Origin: Callorhinchus milii
Lineage: Eukaryota
Length of the DNA stretch: 64,000 nt
Direction of reading: 5' to 3'
NCBI RefSeq assembly: GCF_018977255.1
Contig: NW_024704743.1
Location: 69,256,001 to 69,320,000 of the forward strand
Position 1 is the first letter of the stretch. Each line of letters opens with the position of its first letter. Of this stretch, positions 12,801 through 24,700 are shown in pieces. The translations under genes and the position numbers were made by a program. Below the pieces are notes generated by a model, which saw nothing but the letters and a program-made list of their open reading frames with translations, was not told the origin of the DNA and did not search any database.

Positions 12801-15800
12801 CTTGCCTCGGAGTCAGAAGGTTGTTGGTTCAAGCTCCACTTTGAGGCCTGAACTAACATAGTCCAGGCTGACACTCCAAAGCAGTGCTGGAGGTGTGCTG
12901 CCGATTGCAGGATATTCTGTAAACTGCTTTGAGATGTCCTTCTGACATCAGATATACAATAATCCTTGCATCTCCATAGGAATTATTATCATTTGAAACT
13001 GTAGGTAATTTAGTTATAAAAGAGATCTTCAATATTTCAATGTAGCCAACACAAATGAATGGCTGATTTTACCTAGGGGATGGTTGGCCAGGACAACAGA
13101 AGAAACTCCCTTCTCTTTTCGAATAGTGCCCTGGGATCTTTAATGTCCACCTGAACAGGCAGACAGGACCTCGGTTTAACTTCTCAGCTGAAAGATGGCA
13201 CGTCCAACAATGGAGTGCTTCTTCTGCAGTATACTAGACTCTCAGCCTAGACTATGAGCTTGAACCCATAACCTTCTGTCCAGCGGTGAGTGTGCCACAC
13301 TGACACCTAAGATAATAATCTAATAATAATCCTTGCATTTGATATAGCGCTTTTCATGTCTTCTAGACATCTCAAAACACTTCACAGAATATACTGTGGA
13401 GTGAATTGACTACATATTTGTGGACGAAATGCAGCAGCCAATTGTGCACAGCAGTGTCCCACAAACAGTTGTGGATTGAAGTGACCAATTTTATTATTGT
13501 TTTATTTCTTGATTATTTTCAGGCATGTGGAGTAAGGAAATTTGCCCAAGGTTTCGCCCTTCAGGATCAAACCCAGGTCTCTTGCTTGCGAGGCAAGTGC
13601 TCTAACCACTGAGCTACAGGAAGATTATACATCTTAAAAAGTTATATATGTCAATTCTGCGCACCTTCTCATAGAATTGCAATAAATGATCTGAGGCACT
13701 CATTAACTGACTGCTACTAAAAGTGAAGATGTGGTGGAAACAACTTGATTTATACTGTTCATCACTTCAATCAGGGTTTTTTTTAAACCACAGTTCTCTT
13801 GAAAGCTCTGAGGACATTTAGGACGCTTTTAAGGGAACTTTTGGGAAGGGGAGCTAGAATTGAGTTTTATAATTAAAACCCCTAAGTGATGCTGAGCCCC
13901 GGTCTACCAGGGTGGTCTCTGCAGCTTCTGAGTTGTATTGCCAGAACCCATATACCAGAAACTAAAATACGTTTATAATAATAATAATCCTTGCATTTGA
14001 TATAGCGCCTTATTATGTCGTTAAGACGTCTCAAACTGCTTCACCGAAGATACTGTAAAGTGAATGGACTATATTTTGTGGGCAACACAGAGCAGCCAAT
14101 TGTGCACAGCAGTGTCCCACAAACAGTTGTGGAATGAGTGACAAAATTATTATTTATTTATTTTAGAATATTACTTCCTGGAAAGTAATCCACCAATTGA
14201 ATAACAACTGGGTTCCTGTTTATTACCAGGTAAACAGAGGCGTGTGGAGTAAGGACATTTGTCTAAGGCTGCCCGGAATCAAACCCAGGTCCTCTCACTT
14301 GGTAAGCGAGAGCTCTAACCACTAAGTTACAGGACTCCGAGCCAAAGTCAACCAAATACTAGCCCGAAAGTAGCCCAATATTACCCATTGCCTCCTATGG
14401 GTAGCAGAGTGGCCAACTTAGATTAATGCTTTTGAAACTGCGTAAGAAAATAATAATAATAATTATAATAAACTTTGCATTTGATATATCACATCATCAA
14501 GACATGTTAAGTGCTTCAGAGGATATACTGTACAGTGGATTGACTGTATATTTTGTGAGCGAAACACAAAGTGATCTTAAGGGGAGGAGGAATCACAGGT
14601 TTTGGAGGTTTACATTCACATTTTAAAAATTAAGCACCCAGCAAAGATGTTTTCACTCACAGTGCAACAACAAGCTGCCCAATTGGGCATGAAGTTGCAC
14701 AAAGTGGCCACACTGTGCATTGGCTCCTTGAGTGCTGGTCAGCGGTGCTGTGTGGAGCTGTGTAGTGTTATGTTAGTTCTGAGGCTGGGTGGTGCTGTGT
14801 AGTGTTGGTGCTGAGGCGTGTGTGTAGTGTTATGTTGGTGCTGTGCTGTGTGGTGCTGTGGCTGTGTGGTGCTGTGTAGTGTTGGTGCTGTGGCTGTGTG
14901 GTGCTGTGTAGTGTTGGTGTTGTGGTTGTGTGGTGCTGTGTAGTGTTGGTGCTGTGGCTGTGTGGTGCTGTGTAGTGTTGGTGCTGTGGCTGTGTGGTGC
15001 TGTGTAGTGTTGGTGCTGTGGCTGTGTGGTGCTGTGTAGTGTTGGTGCTGTGGCTGTGTGGTGCTGTGTAGTGTTGGTGCTGTGGCTGTGTGGTGCTGTG
15101 TAGTGTTGGTGCTGTGGCTGTGTGGTGCTGTGGTGTGGTGTGGCTGTGTGGTGCTGTGTAGTGTTGGTGCTGTGGCTGTGTGGTGCTGTGTAGTGTTGGT
15201 GTTGTGGCTGTGTGGTGCTGTGTAGTGTTGGTGCTGAGGCTGTGTGGTGCTGTGTAGTGTTGGTGCTGTGGCTGTGTGGTGCTGTGTAGTGTTGGTGTTG
15301 TGGCTGTGTGGTGCTGTGTAGTGTTGGTGCTGAGGCTGTGTGGTGCTGTGTAGTGTTGGTGCTGTGGCTGTGTGGTGCTGTGTAGTGTTGGTGCTGAGGC
15401 TGTGTGGTGCTGTGTAGTGTTGGTGCTGTGGCTGTGTGGTGCTGTGTAGTGTTGGTGCTGTGGCTGTGTGGTGCTGTGTAGTGTTGGTGCTGTGGCTGTG
15501 TGGTGCTGTGTAGTGTTGGTGCTGTGGCTGGGTGGTGCTGTGTAGCATTTTGTGTAGTGTAACTCCGCCGTCCGCATTCCCACCCGCACCAAACTCCGCT
15601 CCTCGATTACCCCAGTCCTTGCCAAACTCCACTGGCTCCCTGTCACAGAGGGATCAACTTCAAGATGCTCATTCTAGTGTTTAAATCCCTCCATTCCTTG
15701 GCACCCCCCTATCTCTCTAACCTCCTCTCTCCCCACAGCAGTACCCACTGCCTCCACTTTACTGGGTCCAGCCTCCTCTGCGTCCCCCGAATCCCCCGCT

Positions 15801-18607
15801 CCACCATCGGCGGCCGTGCCTTCAGCCATTACTACACCCCAAAACTTTGGAATTCCCTCCCTCAACCCCTTCCCCTCGCCCCCTCCTCCCCATCATTAGG
15901 TCGTGCCTGAAAACCTTCCTCTTCGACCATGCCTATGGTCACCCTTCCCCTGACTCGGCCTCGGGCTCTGCCATTGTTAAGCGCTCTGAGACGCCGCTCA
16001 TTGTGGAGGGTGCTATATAAGTGCCAGTTGTTGTTGTAGTGTTGGTGCTGTGGCTGGGTGGTGCTGTGTAGTGTTGTTTTTGGTTTGGTGCTGTGTGGTG
16101 CTATGTATTGTGTGTAGTGTTGGTGCTGTGTAGTGTAGTGTGGGACACTGCTGTGCGCAATTGGCTGCTGCATTTTGCCCACAAATGTACAGTCAATTCA
16201 CTTTACAGTATATTCTGTGAAGCGCTTTGAGACGTCTAGACCACTTGAAAAGCGCTATAGCAAATGCAAGGATTATTGTTATTATTAGTGTTGGTGCTGT
16301 GTATTGTAGTGTGTAGTGGTGGTGCTGTGTGTAGTTAGTGTTGGTGCTGTGTGTAGTTAGTGTTGGTGCTGTGTGTAGTGTTGGTGCTGTGTGTAGTTAG
16401 TGTTGGTGCTGTGTGTAGTGGTGGTGTTGTGTGCAGTTAGTGTTGGTGTGTTAAGTTAGTGGTGGTGCTGTGTTAAGTTAGTGTTGGTGCTGTGTGCAGT
16501 TAGTGGTGGTGCGGTGTACAGTTAGTGGTGGTGCTGTGTGTAGTTAGTGTTGGTGCTGTGTGTAGTGTTGGTGCTGTGTGTAGTTAGTGTTGGTGCTGTG
16601 TGTAGTGGTGGTGTTGTGTGCAGTTAGTGTTGGTGTGTTAAGTTAGTGGTGGTGCTGTGTTAAGTTAGTGTTGGTGCTGTGTGCAGTTAGTGGTGGTGCG
16701 GTGTACAGTTAGTGGTGGTGCTGTGTGTAGTTAGTGGTGGTGCGGTGTACAGTTAGTGTTGGTGCTGTGTGTAGTTAGTGTTGGTGCTGTGTGTAGTTAG
16801 TGGTGGTGCTGTGTGCAGTTAGTGGTGGTGTTGTGTGCAGTTAGTGTTGGTGCTGTGTGTGGTGGTGCTGTGTGTAGTTAGTGGTGGTGCTGTGTGTAGT
16901 TAGTGGTGGTGCTGTGTGTAGTTAGTGGTGGTGCTGTGTGTAGTTAGTGGTGGTGCTGTGTGTAGTTAGTGGTGGTGCTGTGTACAGTTAGTGGTGGTGC
17001 GGTGTACAGTTAGTGGTGGTGCGGTGTACAGTTAGTGTTGGTGCTGTGTGTAGTTAGTGGTGGTGCTGTGTGCAGTTAGTGGTGGTGCTGTGTGCAGTTA
17101 GTGGTGGTGTTGTGTGCAGTTAGTGTTGGTGCTGTGTGTGGTGGTGCTGTGTGTAGTTAGTGGTGGTGCTGTGTGTAGTTAGTGTTGGTGCTGTGTGTAG
17201 TGAGTGCTGTGTGTAGTTAGTGTTGGTGCTGTGTGTAGTGAGTGCTGTGTGTAGTTAGTGGTGGTGCTGTGTGTAGTAAGTGCTGTGTAGTTAGTGGTGG
17301 TGCTGTGTGTAGTGAGTGCTGTGTGTAGTTAGTGGTGGTGCTGTGTGTAGTTAGTGGTGGTGCTGTGTGTAGTGAGTGCTGTGTAGTTAATGGTGGTGCT
17401 GTGTGTAGTGAGTGCTGTGTGTAGTTAGTGGTGGTGCTGTGTGTAGTGAGTGCTGTGTGTAGTTAGTGGTGGTGCTGTGTAGTTAGTGGTGGTGCTGTGT
17501 GTAGTTAGTGGTGGTGCTGTGTGTAGTTAGTGGTGGTGCTGTGTAGTTAGTGGTGGTGCTGTGTAGTTAGTGGTGGTGCTGTGTGTAGTGAGTGCTGTGT
17601 AGTTAGTGGTGGTGCTGTGTGTAGTGAGTGCTGTGTAGTTAGTGGTGGTGCTGTGTGTAGTGAGTGCTGTGTAGTTAGTGTTGGTGCTGTGTGTGGTGAG
17701 TGCTGTGTGTAGTTAGTGGTGGTGCTGTGTGTAGTGAGTGCTGTGTGGAGTTAGTGGTGGTGCTGTGTAGTTAGTGGTGGTGCTGTGTGTAGTTAGTGGT
17801 GGTGCTGTGTGTAGTTAGTGGTGGTGCTGTGTGTAGTTAGTGGTGGTGCTGTGTGTAGTTGGTGGTGGTGCTGTGTGTAGTTAGTGGTGGTGCTGTGTAG
17901 TTAGTGTTGGTGCTGTGTGTAGTTAGTGATGGTGCTGTGTGTAGTGAGTGCTGTGTGTAGTTGGTGGTGCTGTGCAGTTAGTGGTGGTGCTGTGTGTAGT
18001 GAGTGCTGTGTGTAGTTAGTGGTGGTGCTGTGTGTAGTGAGTGCTGTGTGTAGTTAGTGGTGGTGCTGTGTAGTTAGTGGTGGTGCTGTGTGTAGTTAGT
18101 GGTGGTGCTGTGTGTAGTTAGTGGTGGTGCTGTGTGTAGTTAGTGGTGGTGCTGTGTGTAGTTAGTGGTGGTGCTGTGTGTAGTTGGTGGTGGTGCTGTG
18201 TGTAGTTAGTGGTGGTGCTGTGTAGTTAGTGTTGGTGCTGTGTGTAGTTAGTGATGGTGCTGTGTGTAGTGAGTGCTGTGTGTAGTTGGTGGTGCTGTGC
18301 AGTTAGTGGTGGTGCTGTGTGTAGTGAGTGCTGTGTGTAGTTAGTGGTGGTGCTGTGTGTAGTGAGTGCTGTGTGTAGTTAGTGGTGGTGCTGTGTGTAG
18401 TTAGTGGTGGTGCTGTGTGTAGTTAGTGGTGGTGCTGTGTGTAGTTAGTGGTGGTGCTGTGTAGTTAGTGGTGGTGCTGTGTAGTTAGTGGTGGTGCTGT
18501 GTGTAGTTAGTGGTGGTGCTGTGGGAGCTCCTCACCTGCTCTCTCAGTGCCTGGACTATAACCTGGGCACCGCTCAGCAGACTGTGCCCCTCAGTGTGTG
18601 CAGACAT
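3714..18607 (-). CDS. HACL1: 2-hydroxyacyl-CoA lyase 1, coding exons 1-8 (3' part lies outside the window)
   Basis: join complement(18536-18607,12586-12690,12444-12484,12242-12322,11240-11312,7658-7735,6630-6724,3714-3826). Spliced translation [100 protein letters not shown]... matches the TPP-dependent HACL1 N-terminal domain. All introns GT-AG with consistent phases; syntenic with BTD. Confidence 0.96.
4700..5050 (+). mobile_element. Old CR1 fragment
   Basis: [19 protein letters not shown]...TGHSLKL...RKHFVMQRV. Confidence 0.8.
6630..6724 (-). CDS. HACL1: HACL1 exon 7 (95 nt)
   Basis: [31 protein letters not shown](R); tcag|...|gtaagc. Confidence 0.96.
6972..7272. repeat. Compound (GA)n/(CA)n minisatellite
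   Basis: Same unit type as 60700-61860. Confidence 0.9.
7658..7735 (-). CDS. HACL1: HACL1 exon 6 (78 nt)
   Basis: [26 protein letters not shown]; acag|...|gtaaat. Confidence 0.96.
11240..11312 (-). CDS. HACL1: HACL1 exon 5 (73 nt)
   Basis: [24 protein letters not shown]; ttag|...|gtttgt. Confidence 0.96.
12242..12322 (-). CDS. HACL1: HACL1 exon 4 (81 nt)
   Basis: [26 protein letters not shown](W); ttag|...|gtaaaa. Confidence 0.96.
12444..12484 (-). CDS. HACL1: HACL1 exon 3 (41 nt)
   Basis: [13 protein letters not shown](R); acag|...|gttggt. Confidence 0.94.
12586..12690 (-). CDS. HACL1: HACL1 exon 2 (105 nt)
   Basis: [35 protein letters not shown]; acag|...|gtaagt. Confidence 0.96.
13313..13621 (-). 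mobile_element. tRNA-derived SINE (same family as 57490)
   Basis: Reverse complement of head (CCACTGAGCTACAGGA) and tail (TAATAATCCTTGCATTTGATATAGCGC). Confidence 0.88.
13976..14336 (-). mobile_element. tRNA-derived SINE (same family)
   Basis: Head, body and (ATT)n tail recognisable. Confidence 0.88.
14745..15545. repeat. Minisatellite, 32-bp unit GTGCTGTGTAGTGTTGGTGCTGTGGCTGTGTG
   Basis: Direct tandem array in HACL1 intron 1; explains the repetitive H/T/Q ORFs. Confidence 0.95.
15563..16036 (+). mobile_element. L2 LINE 3' fragment inserted in the minisatellite
   Basis: LHWLP..., [19 protein letters not shown]...PKLWNSLP; L2 tail plus (TTG)n. Confidence 0.88.
16288..18522. repeat. Minisatellite, about 22-bp unit GTGCTGTGTGTAGTTAGTGGTG with 16/20-bp variants
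   Basis: Tandem array ending about 13 bp from the HACL1 exon 1 donor. Confidence 0.95.
18536..18607 (-). CDS. HACL1: HACL1 coding exon 1
   Basis: ATG at 18607; [24 protein letters not shown] (SGAxVIxQAL motif); donor CAG|gtgag. Confidence 0.92.
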
Positions 18608-18674
18608 TGCCTGTGCAGCCGCTGACAGGGAAACCTCCGGCTGGGAGCCCAGCCCCAGGGTCCTGAGGGACAAG
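18608..18674. promoter_or_regulatory. Shared bidirectional promoter/5'UTR region of HACL1 and BTD
   Basis: 67 bp between the divergent HACL1 ATG and the putative BTD ATG; the head-to-head arrangement is known in mammals. TSSs are not visible from sequence. Confidence 0.55.
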
Positions 18675-18707
18675 ATGCAGAGGGTGGGTGTGAGGAGGCT
18701 CAGGCTG
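18675..18707 (+). CDS. BTD: BTD putative exon 1 (basic n-region of signal peptide, [11 protein letters not shown])
   Basis: AAGATGC start and CTG|gtaggt donor in phase 0, matching the phase-0 acceptor of exon 2. The join gives a signal-peptide-like [11 protein letters not shown](Q)[17 protein letters not shown]. Inferred; no transcript evidence. Confidence 0.6.
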
Positions 18708-21700
18708 GTAGGTACAGCACACAGTGCAACATGTCTCACCGAGTGGCCACCAACGTGTCTTGGAATATTATTGTAACATTATTGCAACAACTGCACCACT
18801 TAACCATTTCTCACTCCTCACAATTTGCAACGGTTTGTTCATGTTATTGTGTGTTATTGTGTTACCAATCTTGTGGATTGCTGGGTCTCTCTCTGCAAAT
18901 AGCAACCGAGGGGTCACTGCACAGCAGCAGCTTAATGTTGGGGCTTGATCCCACCCACCACCCTAAGCCCTCCAGAAGGGCACCATACAAACCCCAAGTT
19001 GTTGTGGTTGTTGTTGTTGTTCTCTGCCTCTTGGGGTTGTCCTGGAGAAGCTGCAGCCTTCCCCAGTGTCTTGTTGTGAGCCCCCAAACCACCTTGGTAT
19101 CAGGGCATTACAGGTTGGGAGGAAGGGTGCTGGAGGTGAGGGAGGACCATGGATTCAAGTAAAACACAGCTTGCTGGCTTGCTGGCAGGGGGTTTTTCTG
19201 GAGAAATGAGATCATCAGATCATCCATATTTTGTGTTTAACAACCTCCTGCAACACTGCCATCTGGTGCTAGTTTGGACACTCATTCTGTACTTTTTAGA
19301 ATTGCTCTTCCAAACAACAACTTGCATTCGTACAGTGCCCTTCGCGTAGAATAACGTCTCGGAGGGCTTTACTGTGGTGGGGCTGGAGTGGTAGGACAAT
19401 CATTGGAGTGGTTAAGCCCTCCGGGATGCTACCCTGCACGAGGGGCGCTATATAAATTAAAGTTGTTGGTGGTGGTACCCATAAGGGTGGTCAGAGAGAT
19501 AGGTGGCTCTTAAATACCTATTAGAAGGGAATAGAGTAATAATAATCCTTGCATTTGATATAGCGCTTTTCACGTCTTCTCGACGTCTCAAAGCGCTTCA
19601 CAGAATAGACTGTAAAGTGAATTGAACGTATATTTGTGGGTGAAACTCGGCAGCCAATTGCGCACAGCAGTGTCCCACAAACAGTCGTGGATTGAAAATG
19701 ACCAATTTATTATTATTTTTTATTTTATAAAGGATGTATATATTTACTCGATTTGTCAGTTAAAAGCTATTGAGTTTGTTTTGATCAATTATTAGCTTTT
19801 ATTCTTACACGTTGCTGAAAATGTTGCAATAACAATCTCGAGATCAAAGCATTTACTAGACAAATGTTTAGCAACAAAATACATAAATCATTAACTGAAC
19901 CACCAATAAATTGTTTCTCCTTCTGTGGCTACTCTGTAATTTAGTAAAATTTATATATGCTACATCTTAATATCCATTGGTGATTATTGTTTGCATAATC
20001 AATGATCCATCAACTGCAGTAGGCATTTAGCGAGTGAAGATGTCTTTGGTGTCCAAATGGTTATTGAACTTGTTAGAACTTGTTGAACCAATTCTATTCT
20101 CGAATCCTCCGAGGAGTTTTTCTTTTCTGCCGAGTCCCAGATCCATCCCTCGACCAGTGAAATAAGACTGCAGGATTCGGAAAAACTGTATAATGTAAAA
20201 GGGGTTGGGGTGGGAGGGGGAAACAATCAATGTTAATAAGCGGATAGGTCCCAAAGTTCAATTTCATTTTATGGTGAAAATGATACCATTTGTCTCCAAA
20301 CAAATACTTCCAGAAAATTTTCGTTCATCTGAAAGGTGGAGGGTTAGTTTGAAAATGCTTAACTGCAAAGCGCTCCAAGACGTTATCCTACGTGAAGGAT
20401 GTTATATACATGCAAGTTGCTGTTAACTTTTCTGAACAGCTTGTTTTGATTCCTCTTCTCATAATATTATCTGAATAATGGTTACAAAGGTATCGGCTGA
20501 ATTAGGATTTGGAATCACTGTGGGGAGGCAACAACAACAGCAAAATTAGTACAGACCTCTCATGTTGGGAGGATGTCCCAAGGCGCTGGACAATCAGTGT
20601 TTCCGACCTGAGCTAAGGGTCGGGATTGGGGAGAGTGGTCAAAGGCACGGTCGAAGAGGAGGGTCTTGAGATGGGTCTTGAAGGAAGCAAGGGAGGGGGC
20701 GAGGCGGGGACGTGAAGCAGGCTGGAGCCCGCTGAGCGGCGGGAGCGTGAAGGTTGGTAGAGGGTTAGGAGGTCACAGAGGTGGGAGGAGCAAGGCCATG
20801 GAGGGCTTTGAAGGTGAGGATCACGATCTTCACCTGTATCCTCTGTGTGATGGGAAGCCAGTAGAGTCGGGTGAGGATGGGAGTGATGGGGTCACGGAGC
20901 CTGGTGCGGGAGAGGACATGAGCTGCTGAATTCTGGATGATGGAGGGAGGAGTTGGGGAGGCCAACATGTAGGGTGTTTGCTAGTCAAGTCTGGATGTTA
21001 TGAATGGATGTATGAGGGTTTCAGCGGCCTGCAGTGTGAGACAGTGGTGGAGCTGGGCGATGTAGCAGATGTGGGAGGAAGGCAGAGTGGGTCTTGGCAC
21101 GGATGTGGCATAGAATGGATAGTTGAGGGTCAAACAAGAATAATGTAATAATAAGCCTTGCATTTGATATGGTGCCTTATCACGTCATTGAGATAGATAT
21201 CTCAAAGTACTTCACAGGATGTACTGTAAAGGGATTGATTGTATATTTTGTGGGCACAACTCGGCAGCCAATTTGGACACAGCAATATCCCACAAATGGC
21301 CATGGAGTAAGTGACTAATTTTATTTTGAGATATTTGTTGGCCAGGACACTGGGAGAAACTCCCTTCTCTTTTTGAATAGTACCATGGAATCTTTAACGT
21401 CCACCTGAACAGACAGACAGGACCTCAGTTTAACATCTCATCCAAAGGACGGCACCTCTAACAATGCCTTATCACGTCATTGAGATAGATGTTTCAAAGC
21501 CCATCACAGGATATACTGTTTCGTGGATTGACTGCATATTTTGTGGGCGAACCACAGCATCTCCAGTACTGCATTGGAGTGTCAGTTTAGATTGTGATGC
21601 CATATCCCGACGTGGGACTTGAACCCACAACCTTCTGACTTAGAGGCAAGAGTGTCACTGCACCAGGCTGACACACGGTATACATATGATTCAATAATCT

Positions 21701-24700
21701 TTTTGCTGACAAGAAAAATTACTTCATGGTATCAACAAGAAATTATCTTTTCAGGTTTGTTCATGTCTCTTCTGCTTTAATGAAAACTAGGTATTTTAGA
21801 GTCTTGATCCTTCTTAAAAAAAATCTTTGCTTTTGGTATAGCATCTTTCCTTGTTTTTGGTATAGAGTCTTTTCATGTCCGGAGGATGTCTTAAAGCGCT
21901 TCACAGGATTTACTGTACAATGTAATTTGCATGTGAACACAGCAGCTAATTGGCACACTGAAACATCCCACTAACAGCCCTTGAAGTTAATGACCAATTT
22001 AATCTTATCTGAGGGATTGCTGGCCAGAACACCAGGAGAAACTCCCTTCACTTTGAGTAGTGGTGAGAGATGTTTAACACCCACCTGAACAGTCGAAAGA
22101 TAGTAACTCTGGCAAATGCAGTTTCCCCTGGATTGCCTGGAATTTCAGCCTAGACTATGAGTGCAAAGTACTGACGTGAGGCTTAATCCACAACCTTCTG
22201 ATGCAGAGGCAAGAGTGCTACCAACTGAACCAGGTTGATATCTTAGGGTTCAAAAGCAACATTAAGCAAAGTATAATTTTTTGTGACTAATTATGTGAAA
22301 CTGTATTTGAGAAATCTAGTAAACCTAATAATTAGCAGAAGAGTTGTATATGAGCAACAGTGTTATGCCACAGTACAGAATAAAAATAAATTTGATGTCC
22401 ATATGGTGGCTACCAGGAGTAACACTTGATTTTATCACACTTACTGCAAGAGAAAAAAATACTGTAGTTAAAAACTGTTACAGCTTCTATAGAGAGACTA
22501 TATTCATAATCACGCTTAATACAGTCACTATCTAAACCTAGATAGCTTACCATGGAGTTGAGTTTGAACCTGCTACTTTGCAGGGAATTGAGATAACATT
22601 TCATAGAAATTGCTTCATATGTGAGTTAGTTTGTATCTACTTTAGCAAGGAAAAAAGGTAATTCTTGTTACTAAGCATGAGCATTTTTATAAATTTTAAT
22701 AACTTCACTTCTATTGGAGTAAAGAAGCTGTTAGTTCTCTTACAGCAATCGCATAAATATAAATAAACCTCAAGAATTTTGTAAGCAGCAGGTTAATACT
22801 TCCAACATATAACAGCTGCAGGTGTAACATTAAGATTGTGAACCTAATACCTTATCCCACAAGGTATCTGCCATCGCCTATATTTACTAGGTCACTATAT
22901 GTTTCTATATGTCACTATATATGTTTTGGAGAAGACAACCCTACAAAGGGGGGGGGGGGAATCATTAGAATTAAAATAAAGATTGTCTCTCTTCTATACC
23001 ATAGAAAGCTGCATTCTACCTGAGTTAAAGTGATACAAATCATTGGGTGTCATCTTGATCGTGTGAAAACAAATTAATCTGTTAACTACAAATACTGCAT
23101 CTCACTGTCTTTCTGGATGGTATCTTAAATTGAATGATTTAATCTGATTTATTTTCCAGTTCACAGCAAACATAAGCTTTTTTTTAATGCCTTGGTACCT
23201 CTCAGCTATGTTTTTGAAATGGCAAAACTCCTGTAATAAATAAGCGATGACCTTTCAAAATACAACATTTTTAAATAATTTATCAATTTTGTGAATAACA
23301 AGAAGATTGGGGATTATAAAATCACTCAATTCATTTGATCACTGAACCATTTTAATGGTATGTGGTGTTAATAAAATTTTTCGATAAAATACCTTGTTCA
23401 ACAGTATTCACAGTATTCCCTAACTACATCTGCTCATTGTAAGGAGCTGAATATCATTAACATTTTCTTAGTATAACTTTGAAGATTGTAGAAAAGCAAT
23501 GGACAACTGTGCTTCTTCTTGGTACTTATAGAATATTATAATGCAGAGAATTAAGCACGGTGATGCGTTTGCAAGTGTGTTGGATAACTAGTCGATCAAA
23601 CAAAGTTACTGTTTTATAAAAAAAACAAATTGAAAGGCTCATCAACAGAATAAACATCTTCTTCCAGACTCTCCTGGTCTATTCATCACTTACCAGATCT
23701 CTATTCTGTGGTTTTTCCAAAGATTTCCATCCACCTTCACCGGTGACTGTCTGCGAGGTAACACATAGCAGCAGGAAGGTGGTCACAAAGAATACAGCGA
23801 GCTGGATATTTTTCATCCTAAAATGCAAGAACTGTTTTGTTTCTTTTAAGTGTGGTTGTGAGTCCATCTCATTTGGATTAAATCAATTTTCACATCTTGT
23901 TCAAATACATTTGATACTATTCCCATACCAATTAGAACTGCATTGTTAATGCAAAAATAAAACAAATTGGAAAAAAAGTAACATTTGCTGCAATGCAGAT
24001 ACAATATGAATTAGTAAATGCAAACAAGCAGATAGATCAATACAGATGAAGTATAAAACCAGCTGTAAAATATTTGAGAGGCCAGGCACATCATGTTTGT
24101 ATATTGCTATAATAAACTAGACTTATAACTTGGATGGGCAAAAGACAGATAAAATAAAAAGACAAAGAATGGATAAATAAGGAGAAAATGAAATGAAATT
24201 AGTAACACCAGAGTACTGGTTTGTTCTGCTGTAACCCATTTGTGGTTCTTACCTGTTCAGGAAATTGAAGGCTGTGTGCAAAGCACTGGACTTGCTGTCT
24301 GTGATCTCTGCTCCAGAATTGCTTCAATTTATAAGACTCATCCTCTCCATCCCACTCACACATTTTTGAATGCCTCAATAATCAAGCTGTATGTGTTGTT
24401 TTCATATCCCCAGACCGAAGAACAATATTAAGTCTTTGAAAATCTCAATAATTAATTCCAAATGCCCTATTACACAAGCATGTTCTTTTAATGTAATGTT
24501 CACCTCATTAATCTGAAAAGGACTGAGACTGTTCAGTGGAGTTAGGCGTTCAGAAAAAGAATAACATTTCCATTTTAGAGTTCTGTATTTGTTTAAAACA
24601 TAAAATTCTACTGATCAGGTGTTTTTTCATGTTGAACTATGAAACCAAGACTGTGTAAAGTGTAAATAGATGACATCCAGTCGTATGTTTAAAAATGTAA

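Noticed and set aside
14739..15646. 297-aa and 292-aa His/Thr/Gln-rich ORFs
   Set aside because: They are translations of the 32-bp minisatellite (3 units = 32 aa), open in several frames and intronic.
14745..18522. CRISPR-like array
   Set aside because: Contiguous tandem units with no unique spacers, no cas genes, and a eukaryotic intron context.
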